Shown here one piece after another: positions 27,716-41,106 of a DNA stretch of 64,000 nucleotides; position 1 is the stretch's first letter, and each line of letters starts with the position of its first letter. The notes under the pieces are model-generated. The model made no database searches. It was not told where the DNA came from and saw only the letters and a list, made by a program, of their open reading frames with translations. The position numbers were made by a program, and so were the translations under genes. Source of the stretch: Azolla caroliniana (lineage: Eukaryota; Plantae; Polypodiophyta); the NCBI GenBank assembly GCA_043228905.1, contig JBHGNT010000006.1, forward strand, positions 2,232,001 to 2,296,000, given 5' to 3'.

Positions 27716-30700
27716 TTCTTTGGTTTTTGTTGCTTCTTTGTTTGGTGAAAGGACATTATGCTATGCCTTGAGGCTTTGCCTCATAGGATTTTGAATAAAA
27801 ATTATTTTGAAAGTTTGCCATTTGAAGAGTAAGGCATGTGATAATAGGAACATCTATCATTAATATCCCCATGTAAGTTGTATTTCGCATGATTTTCCGA
27901 AGGTTCAAATTTCAATCCTATTTAAACATTTGTGACATTTATCGTGGGGTGTATACCATCTTTATTGAGGACGAGAAGAATTGATACTAAGTGAGATTGG
28001 TGCTTTGCATATGATGTCCCTAGCGATGTCATGTACATTCAATTTGATGAACTTATTACGATTTGAAGCTTTCGAGTTCAAATATACTAGCCTACATGTG
28101 AGATAGTGTAAGGAGGGTTGGGGGGTGTACGGTGCAATGTTATGACATATTTATATGCCTCCTTCCAATCTATTCAAAATAATCAGGCGCATCACAAAAT
28201 TTGCAACGTCAAACTCCATGGTCAATTGTACTTACATCTAAACGTAAATGCATGTTTTCTTATGATAGGTAATGGCCAAAAACAATAAAAAAAACAAGAT
28301 AGGTAGACATTCTTCCACAAGTATGTTGCACATATGGATTACTCTTAGGTGCACATGTTGTGCATCTTGGATTCAAGGAGACATTAAAACATGTAACCTA
28401 AACATCTTTCTCTAGTTCATACTCGAACTTTCAAGCAAACACGACACTACATTCCAAATCACAATGTGGGAGCGATGCATACTTATCATTCGTCATCGTC
28501 GAACTTAATAAAATATTCAACCAATGTGCTTTTTTCAAAGAAAAAACAAATTAGAAAGTTTCCACGTTTCTCTTAGTCCTTGGCAATTTCATTATTTTCA
28601 TGCAAATGTTCAAAAGGGTCAAAAAAATGTATTTAGTTTTCAGTTCCTATATGTTATTCCGACTTTGTGATTCTCATAGTTGAAAACGTCCGTAAACTGC
28701 TAACCAACACCATTATCATCGAAGAGTGAGCAAAATCATGAGCCTTTTTAATCTCTTGAAAGTAAAAGATCAATTCAAGCACGTGTACATTTTCAATTTT
28801 AAAGACGACAAGACAAGAGCATATTTCACAAAAAAGACTTGAACAAAACAAAAATGTGCCATAGAGTGCCTCTCAATGTATATCCACTAGAGCACATAGC
28901 TATCTTCTTTATATGCATAAATATATAAAATTATACAAACATGGGATAATATGTATAAAGAGAGGAGTTTTTGGACATGATGAAGAATATTGAATAACTT
29001 TTCAATGTGTGTAGTAGGGGTGTTGTTTCAATGTCTATCGATTCCCAATACTTCATTTGCAAGAGGATGTGGTCAAAGATGTTGGATGGTAATCCAATCT
29101 TAATGGGGATGGATGGTGCTCGGGGAGTTGGCCTATTATTGGTGCTATTGAAGTTGACGTGATGGTTTGGAATTCTAACACATGAACTTGAAATGACTTT
29201 GAGAAATCAATTTAAGAACCTTTGAATCCGTAAAATGGATGTTGATGTCTATGTGAGGTAGACATGGAATGAATTCTTTTATCACATATGCATATCAATG
29301 ATGCATTGTTTCAACTCGGAGCACATAAATTACATTTAAAGGATGGCATTTCCTTCAAGAAATGTTTAATGAGACAAGGATAAGTAAGGATATTCACATC
29401 TATTTATAAAAGAGATTTTAATAAGCAAATATATATACCTCAAATCTATAATGGGAGGGAAACTTGAACGCTTTTTACAATATGACGAGCCTATTGATCA
29501 ATATGTGTGGAATAAGGTAATCTACGAAGAAACATAGCAACATATAATTATGTATACCTAATTACGCATATAATTAGGTAATAATTGAGCTTATCGATGG
29601 ATGTAGACAATAATTGTTAGGATATTCTTTACTAAACGAAAGCTTTAACAAGTGTAGAAAAAAGGTAGCCATAGAAAAGTCATGGTCTTTGGGCTCTGTC
29701 CAAAAGATTCTAGTCAAAGATTGTACCATTTCATTGAGATGTCAATAAAAAAGGTCAATGTCTGAGTTTTGGCCCACCTTGACGTTTAGTAGTTATTGAT
29801 TCGTAGGAGTTTTGTATTTATCTCGTTCAAAATCCAAAATGTACATTTGTTAATTTATTAAGCTTACAATGATGCGTACTTTTGTCTTTGAAATCTACAT
29901 CATTATTATTATTCTAAAAGTTTTGGTGCTGATTCTTTTAATGTAGAATTCTTTATAAAGTGGATGATGGCCTCTCTCAACGACTCTTTCAGCACATCTA
30001 GATTGAAGGGGTGATAGATGAAAGCAACCACCAACTTTTGGTGGACATGTCCTAATGGAGCAAGATTGGGTTGGAACACTAGGTCGCTCCACGATTAATC
30101 CAAGGGTTGCAAATGTATCTCGAGGACCTCGTGTTGTGCAAACAAATTGGACTTAGTGGCTCATTGTGTAGTCTCTTGCTTCTAGGATGTGAATCCATTC
30201 CCCATGGTTAATGTGTTACAAACATTGGGTTATGGATTTCACTTCTTTGGGGGGTCCCAAGTCAAGAAGAGTTATGCTTTTGGATTGATTTTCCTTTCCT
30301 AGTTTCAAAATCAAAGACCTTTGTATACAAGAAGAACAAACTAAACATGATACTTGGGATTGGCTATAATGACAACAGATTAACAATGATCTAATGGCAG
30401 CAAATCAACAAGGTTAGGCTAACTCAACAAGAAATTTCATCTACAACCGATTTAAGCTACCCAATGTGACTTCTATTCCTAAAACTTGATGCACTTATCT
30501 CTCAAGATTTATGAATATATTACGATTGAATGTTCATGCATATGCATGCACGTGCATTTATATGGTTTTCAGCCCACTTTTAGTTATAAAACCCTTTTTT
30601 ATTGATGAAGAGCTTACCATACAAAGCTCATAAAACCAAGAAAGGTCATCAATGCACACTCTATGAAGCTCATCAAACCATTTCTATAGTTTTCTAACAC

Positions 30701-31282
30701 ATAATTGGCTTTAAGCATTTGATCATTGTCCCACATGAAGACATGGTTGTTGTATTGGATATATAGAATAATGGCAAACTTGACATGTCATTTATGTTGG
30801 ATATATAGAATAATGGCAAACTTGACAAGTCGTTTTGCGTTGTCTAAACACCATCTTTTTTCTTTTATGCATGTTAACATGCATCCTTAGGGACATTTTT
30901 ATAATTTTGATTTGGCAATAGTTAACACACTTGAAGATTGTTTGTCTTATTCATGTGTTCAAACAAGAAAACAAGAAGAGTTTCAAAAACATCCTTGAAT
31001 ATGAATTCTTCTTTCCAAGACAAAAGAGCAGATGCATGTGGAAAGAAACATGTGTATCTTATTTCAAGTAACTTTCCTTTCTACAATTTGAACATATCCA
31101 TACATAACTTATCTTTTATTTGCACTAATATTTGAACCTCACATACGTTTCTTATCTTCAATTTTTCATAGACATGATAGTTGTTTTGTACTATTCATAT
31201 TCAAATGTAGGGAGTGAGTCATGATCCCAGGAAATTGGAATATCTAACTCAATACATGTTTGTTAGAAAGTCCGTGCGCGCA

Positions 31283-31286
<4 letters not shown>

Positions 31287-31331
<45 letters not shown>
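31287..31331. repeat. (CA)n microsatellite
   Basis: Read directly. Confidence 0.97.
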
Positions 31332-31332
<1 letters not shown>

Positions 31333-32052
31333 ACTCAAGGTGTTATTATAAATGTTATGAAATCTGGCCTCTCCATATTCAGCATGTTTTCATAGCATCA
31401 AGTCCCACTTGCAAGGTTGCTCCTTTAAGACATTTTTTTAAGGTCTTCTTATAAATCCTATTTGAACTGGTAATGAGCTTAATCAACAAGACGTTGAGAA
31501 GAGACAAAAGAGTGAACAAAGAAAATTTAAGTGCATTCCATTCTCACGTAATTGGAGGGCTGAGTTTGATCAAGAACAAGAGCATGAATAAAATTCAGAA
31601 TAAAGTCTAATAGCAATACGATCTTCCCATTTCTGCATATTAATAGCCTATCCTTCAAAGATTTTACAAAAGAAATAATCGATTTCACTTACTTACAACC
31701 TATCATTTCAATAGTCTTGGGCACCAAAGAAAGAACTTATTTATAAGCAACCAAAAAACTGACTATTTATTATGCAAAGGAGAAACAGCTTCTATCTATA
31801 ACAGAAAACAAATAATCTTGCAAGGTTTTCTCCTTCCTCTTCAAATAATATCTTTGACGTGACTCCTCACAATGTAGCTGTTTGGGCATTGTAAACTTAC
31901 CTCTTAAGAGAATACAAAATATATAAAATACATACAGTGCAAATAGGGTTCTCAGAAAAAAAAAATAGAGCAGCTACGATTGATTCTTTGGATAAGCATT
32001 TGGTTGCTAATGCTTGATATATTCTACATAATATTAGCTTTACTCCATATGG

Positions 32053-34963
32053 TTAAACAACAGTAAAGGCTGACTGAAGAGTGGATGCTAATTGTGAGGC
32101 CACAGTTCGAGACGCAAAGGCTTGAACTTGCTTCTTAGCATCTGTCGATGATGTATCCAGACAGTAATAAGTTCTCATATACACACACACATAATCACAC
32201 GTATAAAGATTGAGATATATAAATTTACTTGATCACACACGTACAAGATTGAGATATACATAAATCCACTAGATAAAAACATATATAAAGATTCAGATAT
32301 AGCAAATTACTTTATTAAAACAGGTATATAAGAGAATTGATGAGACTAGTAAATTTACAGTCACACATATAGTATGCACATACCCAAACAGTAAATTGAG
32401 AAATAAATACCTTTCTTGCATCTTGTAAAGCCAATAAGATTTGCAATACTGAGACAGAGACAAACTCCCACAACCAAAAGATAATCGAAGTTCAACCTAA
32501 CTATTGCAATAAGTCCAAGCGCAACCCACACTGCCGCCTACAGATAAATACAATGAAAATCATGTCAGGAAAGCCCCCAAAAACTGACAATCTCTTATTG
32601 ATGATATGGGGTAAGGAAATAGTACTTGCTCTTCGTTATCTAATAATGAACCGTTTAAAGAGTGTAGATATCTGATAGTGAACCATCTATGGGTGTTTGA
32701 TTATCCATCACTTATAATTCTTTTACTTTCACCTACAGCCCATTTGTTAGAAGTCTGAAATGTTGTTTCTGGTTCATCATTTCTACTATTGTATTATTTT
32801 CCTATTACTTAAAAGTTATGCACTGGCTACATTGGTCAGAAACACCCTGAATACGAGAACCAATATGCAAAAGCATCACAACATCATGAATGATGGAAAA
32901 CAAGTACGTCCAAATCAAAGTAGAAACCACAGACCAGACTGTATTCAAGAGAAATGTCTTCTGGTTTCAGTTGGACCAGGGTCTGGGATAAATTTATGTA
33001 ATTTCTTTCAATAGACGCTCCTGTAGATGGTGATGCCACATCATGTTTCATTTATAAGAAATTAATATAAATTACATCGTAGAAATGATAGTTGGGAAGT
33101 ATCTTGCATCTGGTGACATTGCCCATGAGACCCAATCACACCTTAAGTTGTTTTAGAAGAATAAAGACCAAGGATACCTTTTGATGTGAAATCATAGAAA
33201 GACATGCAACTGAAGTTATCATTACTCATCTTTATTGGCTCATTCTGTGAAGGAGGACCCAATATGGCTATATTTGCAGATGTACAAAACATTAGAGATG
33301 GTTGTTTCCTATCCCAATTCATATATGATCAGAAATACCTGGGACTCTTCTAACTGGAGATACATAATCATAGAGAGTCTCTTTTAGGAGTAGAGGAACT
33401 TTTTTATATTGGAATTGCGCTGTGAATCTATCATGGTCTCAAGTGCAGAAGTAAATTGAACTTCTGAACAAATTCATAATCAAAGGATTACCTATAAATT
33501 ATCAGAGATGAATAAGACCTAACTTTGTCTCTCATTGTCCAGTTTTCAATAAACATGAGTAGCAATATAGCATCTCACATCTGAAACATGCCTTAGAAAG
33601 TTAATCGTCATCTTTCCTATGATTTTTATCATGTCCATGAAAACTAGCTGTGTACCAGAAAATACAACATTGCCCAAAGGTTCGAATAATCAAAATCACA
33701 CTGTTAGCTGCACTTGCATCGCAGAAATAGCAATGAGATAAACAACAGGAAGGGGAAGTTAGAGAAACATACATTGAGATAAAGAGTCCACCAGAATAGC
33801 CATGAATCTTTCTTATTCATTCTCAATAGCTCCTAAGCCCCAGAATGCAAAGACAAACAGTCAGATAAATATAATTCAACAATTAGGCTTGGTAATTTGA
33901 AACAATTTATTGACAAGATCTTATGGGTTGATCAAAGATTACATTGTTCAGATAACATTCACATTAAGTAGTTATGATTGATTTTTTGACAATAGTTATC
34001 ATGTTGATTTGCGGGCTACATCACTGAACATGAAATCTACATATAATTTTAAGGTCAGTTAACCGACAAAACCTTACCTGTTGATCTAACGACTCATATC
34101 GCCATATGCTTTCTCCATGATCATTCACCTCATTCCACCATCTTAGGCCAACAAGGATTCTTCCACTAACATTCTTTACAACCCAGAAATCAAGAGCTTC
34201 AAGCAACACTGTAACGACAAATTGAATGGAGAAATAGTCGAACAAGATAGATGATAGGATGTAGAATGCAATGGCAAGACCCTGCATCAACCCCTCTTCA
34301 CATTTCAGAATACCCTGATGGGATTAAAATTTCGTCCCATGTTTTAAAAATACTCTCATGTGACGAGAAATAAATAAAAGGTGCATTTTTGCATGCATGA
34401 TAGTTTTTCCTGTTTGAATACTCTAGTATCTCGCGTGATTAAAAAAAGACATACTTTCATTATTTGCATATATTGTGTGATCAAAACACATTCTCACATT
34501 TGAATACTCTCATGTGATCAAAACAAGGTTCATGTCTAAAAACTCTAAAAACAAAACAGACGTTTGAATACTCTCATGCGATCAAACAAGATTCAATATC
34601 AGAAAACCTAAGATAAAAACACAGTTCCAAATTTGAATACTCTCAAGTGAGGAAAAAGTAAAGAAAACAACTTCATTTCGAGAACTCTACTGAGATAAAG
34701 AAACAGAAATTTCATTACAATACGAATAATGTGATCGAACAAGAGGAATGCATGTCGAGAAACCTTAAGGAGACAGAACGAAAGAGAGATCTAACCTTGA
34801 AAAGAACATGAAAGAAGCAAGTCAAGGGATTCATATACTTCTCATCTTCAGCCTGTGAATGAATGCAATTTACAATCAAGAAACACATTGAGCAAAGAAA
34901 AAAGAATCATTTTACGAGAGGATGCGATTCTAGTGTACAAAAATCAAAGCAACACTTCACCAT
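32053..34963 (-). CDS. ECH: Golgi/TGN membrane protein ECHIDNA (TVP23 family); coding exons 34963-34961, 34852-34796, 34281-34078, 33832-33773, 32537-32411, 32141-32053
   Basis: Spliced product M-AEDEKYMNPLTCFFHVLFK-GLAIAFY...DFWVVKNVSGRILVGLRWWNE...-ELLRMNKKDSWLFWWTLYLN-AAVW...ANLIGFTRCKK-DAKKQVQAFAS...AFTVV*. All junctions are GT-AG and in frame. Confidence 0.93.
34340..34760. repeat. Degenerate intronic minisatellite in ECH intron 2
   Basis: Several copies of tttgaatactctcatgtgatcaaaac-like units. Confidence 0.7.
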
Positions 34964-35232
34964 GGCACTGCAGGAGGATTCGTGAAAGATCTGTGCAGAT
35001 TGCGAGCTGCCCCTGCTGCTGCTTCTCGTTTTGCGAATATTTTACATATTTGCTACGATACCCTCGGGTTTAGACAATTTGCCGACACCCCTCAGTTTTC
35101 TTAACTTGCCAAAATGCCCCTCGAATCAAATTCAACTTAAAAGTTAATCCCCACTCCATCTCGTTCAAATCAAGCTAGAACTTTTACAATGTTTGTCGGT
35201 TGCTCTTTCGTAGCTTGATTGATTCCTTCAAC

Positions 35233-35377
35233 ATGACCATTCATTGACTGATCGTTCTCTTATTAGGGAGTCCTATCCAATTACACATGTTAACTTGTTG
35301 AAACTATATGACCATTCATTGAGTGATCGATCTGTTATTAGGGAGCCCTATCCAATTACACATGTTAACTTGTTGAA
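35233..35377. repeat. Tandem duplication, 75-bp period, upstream of ECH
   Basis: atgaccattcattga...tattagggag.cctatccaattacacatgttaacttgttgaa occurs twice. Confidence 0.9.
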
Positions 35378-37644
35378 CTAGATGTTGGTTAAACCAATCA
35401 GGATGCTAATTATGCCTCTACTCCCCCAAGATAGAGTTCAAATGGCAACATGGAGAGATTTTGGACATAGTCTATGTGATCTTATGCAAACGCATGCTCG
35501 TTAAAAAGGGGTTCTCCTTATGTAAGATAAAGCACATTGCAACTGGAAGCTGAATCTACTCAAATGAGAATATGAGTCCGCCATACATAAGTTACAAATT
35601 ATTTCTGAAATAAATTCACCTAAAGATGGCTTGAATTCTATGAGTTTCCATCTTCTCAAGGTATGTCAACATTGTTATAGGCGACGAATTGGTTTTGAGA
35701 ATATTAATATTCCCCAAGTGTGTGAGGGATGCATGTATAGAGGATTGATTATGGCATGGCATAGAGATTTGGTATAAAAGGCTAAAAAAGTATCACTATT
35801 GTAGCAACAAGCAACAATCATTAATCAAGAAGCTATATCTAGCTACATCTACACATTCAAGTATGCATGGGTCATTCCATAACCTTCAAGTTTACAAAGC
35901 AAGACTCTTTCTAGTATCAACATTATCAATAACCAATGTACTATATCGATCAAGGAGAGTGTTTTGGGTGTTGCATAACAAAGTAAGACCCCAATTGAAA
36001 TAGTTGTTTCAAGATCAAAACGTTTGGGAGGAGTATTAGAAGCTTGTTTATATGAAGGCATGGCTTATGTTGTATTTCTCAATGTTTGCAAGCATGACAC
36101 ATCATCATTTACCCAAAAGCTTTGCATTCACATACATAAAGAATAGTGGTCCAATAAAGACTAGGCAACTACATTCACATCCCTCTTGTTTTGCTATTCA
36201 CATGTACACACTAGAATATGACAATTTCTTTTCAACTATCTAGTATATACTCAGGATCCCCAATGGTCATATATGCCACTGTGGTTTCATATACGAGGAC
36301 CCACCTAGACATTATTACTATAGGTTTAAAAGATGGCAAGTAGAAGCTTTGTTCAAGCTCTTAGGTGATTTGATCAAGTATGTGATCATCGAGGATAGAT
36401 TAGTAAAGGTACTTGTGATGAAGCAACAAAATGCAAAAATGTCAAAATTACAATGTTACATTGCAACTATTGACCCCAATACAAGGTAAAAATGTGATAG
36501 CCAATTTAGTGGTGATTAATGATTTTCCAAATCCATTTACCCATAACTATATTTAGGCATATTGATCGATTAGCACTAGTTGACAGTTAAGGGTCATCAC
36601 TATATTCTCTTCCCAAGGCAATCTACTCGTAGGGAAAAAAACACTAATACATACGAGGTTCATGTGTACCATGCAAGGATTTCATTAAAAGTTCATTAGG
36701 TTTTGGTGTAATTCGTGAAAGCTATGATGACATATTAAGAGGGGATTATGACTCAAGTGTCACACTAAAGAGAACACAGAGAAGTTTGAGCTCATATGTG
36801 TATGTCTTATTTATACACATCAAGACTTTGTGCTTCAAAGTTCAAAGTATGAACATTCCTTCTTAGGAAGGAGACACACATTGAGAAAACTTGTTTAGTT
36901 AGGTCCCATGGGCCAATATTGGCCTCTCTATAAATGCTAAAATTATCTAATCTAGTAAGTAGAAACCCAAAACAATCAAAGTGAACCTCACACTTGCTTC
37001 TATCTTGTAAACAACAATTTCTATTGTGTACGGTGTCAAAACAATCAACAAAAACCATGATGACCTCTTGCTTTAATTGTCATATAGACAACTACATTTG
37101 TGTGAACAGGTGAAGCTGAACCATTGTGTGGAGCCCATAAAAGGCAAACACAACCACATCAACCATCATGTTAAAGGGTTGAGGTTCATTCACAACCATC
37201 TCATAGAGTTTAATTTGATGTGTGAAATAACTACTGCTATAAACAAATGCTACCAAGGATTGAAGTCTTCATCCCAATTTCAAAACAAGCTAATTTCTTC
37301 CGTCAATAAAGACCCCTCTTTTGCTCTATAGTTAATATCCTATGCATTAAAGAACGTTTTAATAAAACATTTGAAACAATTAGGTGAGGCGTCACCTACA
37401 TGAATTACTATTCTGTAAGCAATCCCACAATCAAAAGAGATAATGTGGGAGAGAAGTGGCTCTCAATTTATGATTTCTTAATGGCAAAACGCAATAGCAA
37501 TTAATGTGCCTTTTAAACTGGCAATGGATGAGTTGTTTTACGTGTACTTGTTTCACTATTAAATTTACAGAATAATCACACGGTTTCACAAGTACTTAAG
37601 AGAAGAAACTCTAATCTAAAATTTATCTTTGGGGCTATTCAGCT

Positions 37645-39753
37645 TCACTTCACTGCCACACGCTTTACGACTACCACAAGAAGCACTACAACAGCGAGCA
37701 TCATGGAAGATGCCAAGGTCTTGTCGATATTATTTGTGTCTCTTGCTGAGACAAATGCTTGCTCAACTGATGTAAATATTGAACCAACAATCTCGACAAC
37801 CTTGTCAAGTATTTGTAACACCGTCCCACTTACAAAATCGCACACCTTTGAAGCGATCATAGTAATGTTAAACTCCTCAGGGTCATTTTTGTGGCAAAAT
37901 GAAGTTTTTTGCCCAACTGTAGCATCTATATGATCCAAAAGAAAACACATCAGCATATCAGATGGCCATCATATTATCCAAATGTACCCATAAAATGCAA
38001 AATATGAACTATAACCAGGATGTGATCCACACCCCAACATAACTTGTTTAATATTTAAAATTGTTGAAAAGAATAATTGCATAAACATGGAATTAAACAA
38101 CATACCCAACCACAGAAGTAATTAATGCCATGCCTATGCATAAGACAACTAAGAGATAGTAGAAAGAATACAGATATGAGTACCATTATCTTGGAGACCT
38201 CGGGCAAGCTCCATGACTTTCTCATTGCTTAAGACTGCATTCCAGACACTAGGATCACGAGCCAATGATTTCACTGCCTCCTGCCATGACATAAGCACAT
38301 GACTACTTCAAGGATAACAAAAAATCCAACTTTGGAAACAAATGCATATAATTCCTTAACCACTTAACTATGCATGAAACCAATCCTTAGTTTTTGATGC
38401 ACAAATATACATAGAACTAAAAAGCAGCCATCACTTAGATCAGGGTTATTTCAAAGCCCTTGTTTCATACACTTTCTAATTTACATGCAAAAGATGTATT
38501 ACTTAAAATAGGTAAAAGATGCAACCATGGTACATGACTTCATCATAAGGAATTTTTCTAGGTCTAGTGTTTCAGACCATAGTATGAACCATACGTACCA
38601 TACGTGTCTTCACATTCGAGAATGTTTCAATCATTCGAGTATGGTAAACACCCTCGAAGTATGGTAAATACCATACTTTTGTATTCATTATTTATTATAA
38701 GGTAATTTTTTTTAACGTAAGAAAGTTGAGGTAAAAAGTGTAAAAAAAACATAAGAATGTCTTGATAACATACACATTCGTTTGCATTTGTATGGAAAAG
38801 AATGTTTGCCAATGCATTCGAGTATATTACGTACTATGTTTCGGACTACTTATTTTGCATACAAAAGGGTATTCATTTACATGGACATATATGTTAATGT
38901 AACTATTGCAACTAAGTTCAAAAACTATGTTTTCTAAGACCCCTGTTTTATACAACACCTAACATATGAAGATAAGGTATGTTTTTATAGGTTTGAGTAG
39001 CCAGAGAGGATATGCATATTCCTAAAATAAAGCTGCAGATAAAGTGATTGTTTTGAAAGGGAGAAAACACGAAAATACCCCTGAATTTTTCTTTACTTCC
39101 TTCCCGAAAAGCGAAAAAATCAGACAAATTCACCATATGGTTTCCCCACCATGTAATTGTGCCACAATGTAATGAAAAAAAAGTGCGGGTATTTTTGAAG
39201 GTTTGATAGTTAGTATACTTACCTGAACCTTAGGATTTGTTTGCATGAGATGAAATGCTTGGTGGACTGAGCTGCTACGTCCTTGAAGCAGTCCGAGACG
39301 GAGTGCCAAATTAGAAGAAAATGCATTATCTTCCCTTTTCTCTTTATTCACAACAACACTCTCTTTCTTCTCAACGCTTGCAACACACTCCTCTGAGCTG
39401 TGTATCGAAAAGTTCTCATTTCAATGAATCTTTCTCCGAGAAAGTGCATCTGAATTATAAGAGCCAACGGGCTAAAACACTTGTTGCTATAGATTATGTA
39501 TACATTACCGATCAAGGGCCGCTCGGAGATCTTTGGTAGCTTCTTCAACCTCTTCCTCAGATGGTATAGGTGCAAACACAAGGTGATCAACTGAATTTTG
39601 AACCCATTCTTCTTTGCCCGGAGTTTCCCAATCCTTGGCCATCTGGGCATGTGTGAAATCAACTGAATTTGACGTGGAATTTGATGGCAATGCAATGTCT
39701 ATATCATCTTTCGGGTTTGAATCCACCCATAGTTGGTTCAAGCCTCCACCCAT
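37645..39753 (-). CDS. Conserved plant protein of unknown function with a C-terminal hydrophobic tail; exons 39753-39509, ~39397-39223, 38280-38184, 37925-37645
   Basis: Starts MGGG; contains FAPIPSEEEVEEATKDL, VHQAFHLMQTNPKVQ|EAVKSLARDPSVWNAVLSNEKV and terminal LAVVVLLVVVVKR. Resembles the UCP012943-type family (from memory). 5'UTR intron ~39756-40959. Confidence 0.82.
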
Positions 39754-41015
39754 ACCTACCAGGCAGACTGGAATAAATCAAAGGAATTTTTTTTTAGATA
39801 CAACTTCTCATGCCAATTTCTTCAGTTTATAGTTCAACGGGATGTACATCAAATACAACAGAATAATGAGGATCAACAACCGAAAATAGAGAATTAAAGC
39901 ACATGTTTTTTTATAGATCTCTTTGCCAAATTTATGTGCCTAAAATGCAGAAACGAAAACACAAGGAATGAGAACACAAAACTAGAATAAAACCACACAA
40001 GCGTATATACATCTTTAAGTCTACTCTTCAGTTTATGCAACCAGAATCTATACCCAATAAATTGCCCAAAAACACTAGGACGGAACACAAGAACATAAAA
40101 AAAAATTGCATAATATATATACATATATACATGTGTGTGTGTGTGTGTGTGTGTGTTTGTCTTTATGCCAATTATGCAGTTTATGCAACCAAGATATATG
40201 CCAAATATAATGCCGAAAAATCAGGATTCGGAACAGAAAAATATAAGTCAGAATGTATACATACATATTTACACCAGTCTTTGGTTTATACAACTACAAT
40301 GTATACCCATGATGAACAATAAAACAATCAACACAAAAACATAGGAATAAATTGGATGACTTCTGCATACACTTGTATTCATTTCTTCCGTTCATGAAAC
40401 AAGAATTTATACCAAATGTAAACAAAAACACATAAGGACATAATTTCCACTATAAATCTTTATACCAATTCATCAATTTATGCATTCGACCGAGATTTAC
40501 ACAAAAATGCAAGAATAACAAGCGTTTTAAAACAATAAAAAACACATTAATTCTTATATACACCTGTATAAATTTCTTCTGTTATCATATTCACCAGGAT
40601 TGATACCGTATGTACCCAAAACCAAAACACGAAACATTACCGCAGAAGAAGAAACACGGAGTCCATACACGTTACTGAAAAGGAAGTTCATTAAAACATT
40701 CCGAGAAACAGTTGATAAAATCAAGGGTTGAAAACCCACATAAAAAAAGAAATTTCATAAAACATTCTGACAAAAAAGGGTTGATAAAAACAAAATCATA
40801 GAAACAGAGTAGTCTGTGGATGCTTCAAATCTTTCTCTTTCCAATGTGTTTAAGCGATGAGAAGAAGAAGAATCAGGCAGACATTAATAAACACATCGTA
40901 TGTATATAATCAGTGAGAAAAAGAAAACGGGGGTCTATATGACAGAGATGGGCTCATACCTGAGATCGTGAAAAGCGAAGCGGAACCAGAAGAAGGTGGA
41001 AGGGAGAAGAAGAAC

Positions 41016-41017
<2 letters not shown>

Positions 41018-41054
<37 letters not shown>

Positions 41055-41106
41055 AAAGCAAAAACTCTATAATTATTATTATTATTACTATTACTATTAC
41101 TACTAT
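41018..41106. repeat. (AGT)n followed by (TAT/TAC)n compound microsatellite
   Basis: Read directly. Confidence 0.92.
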
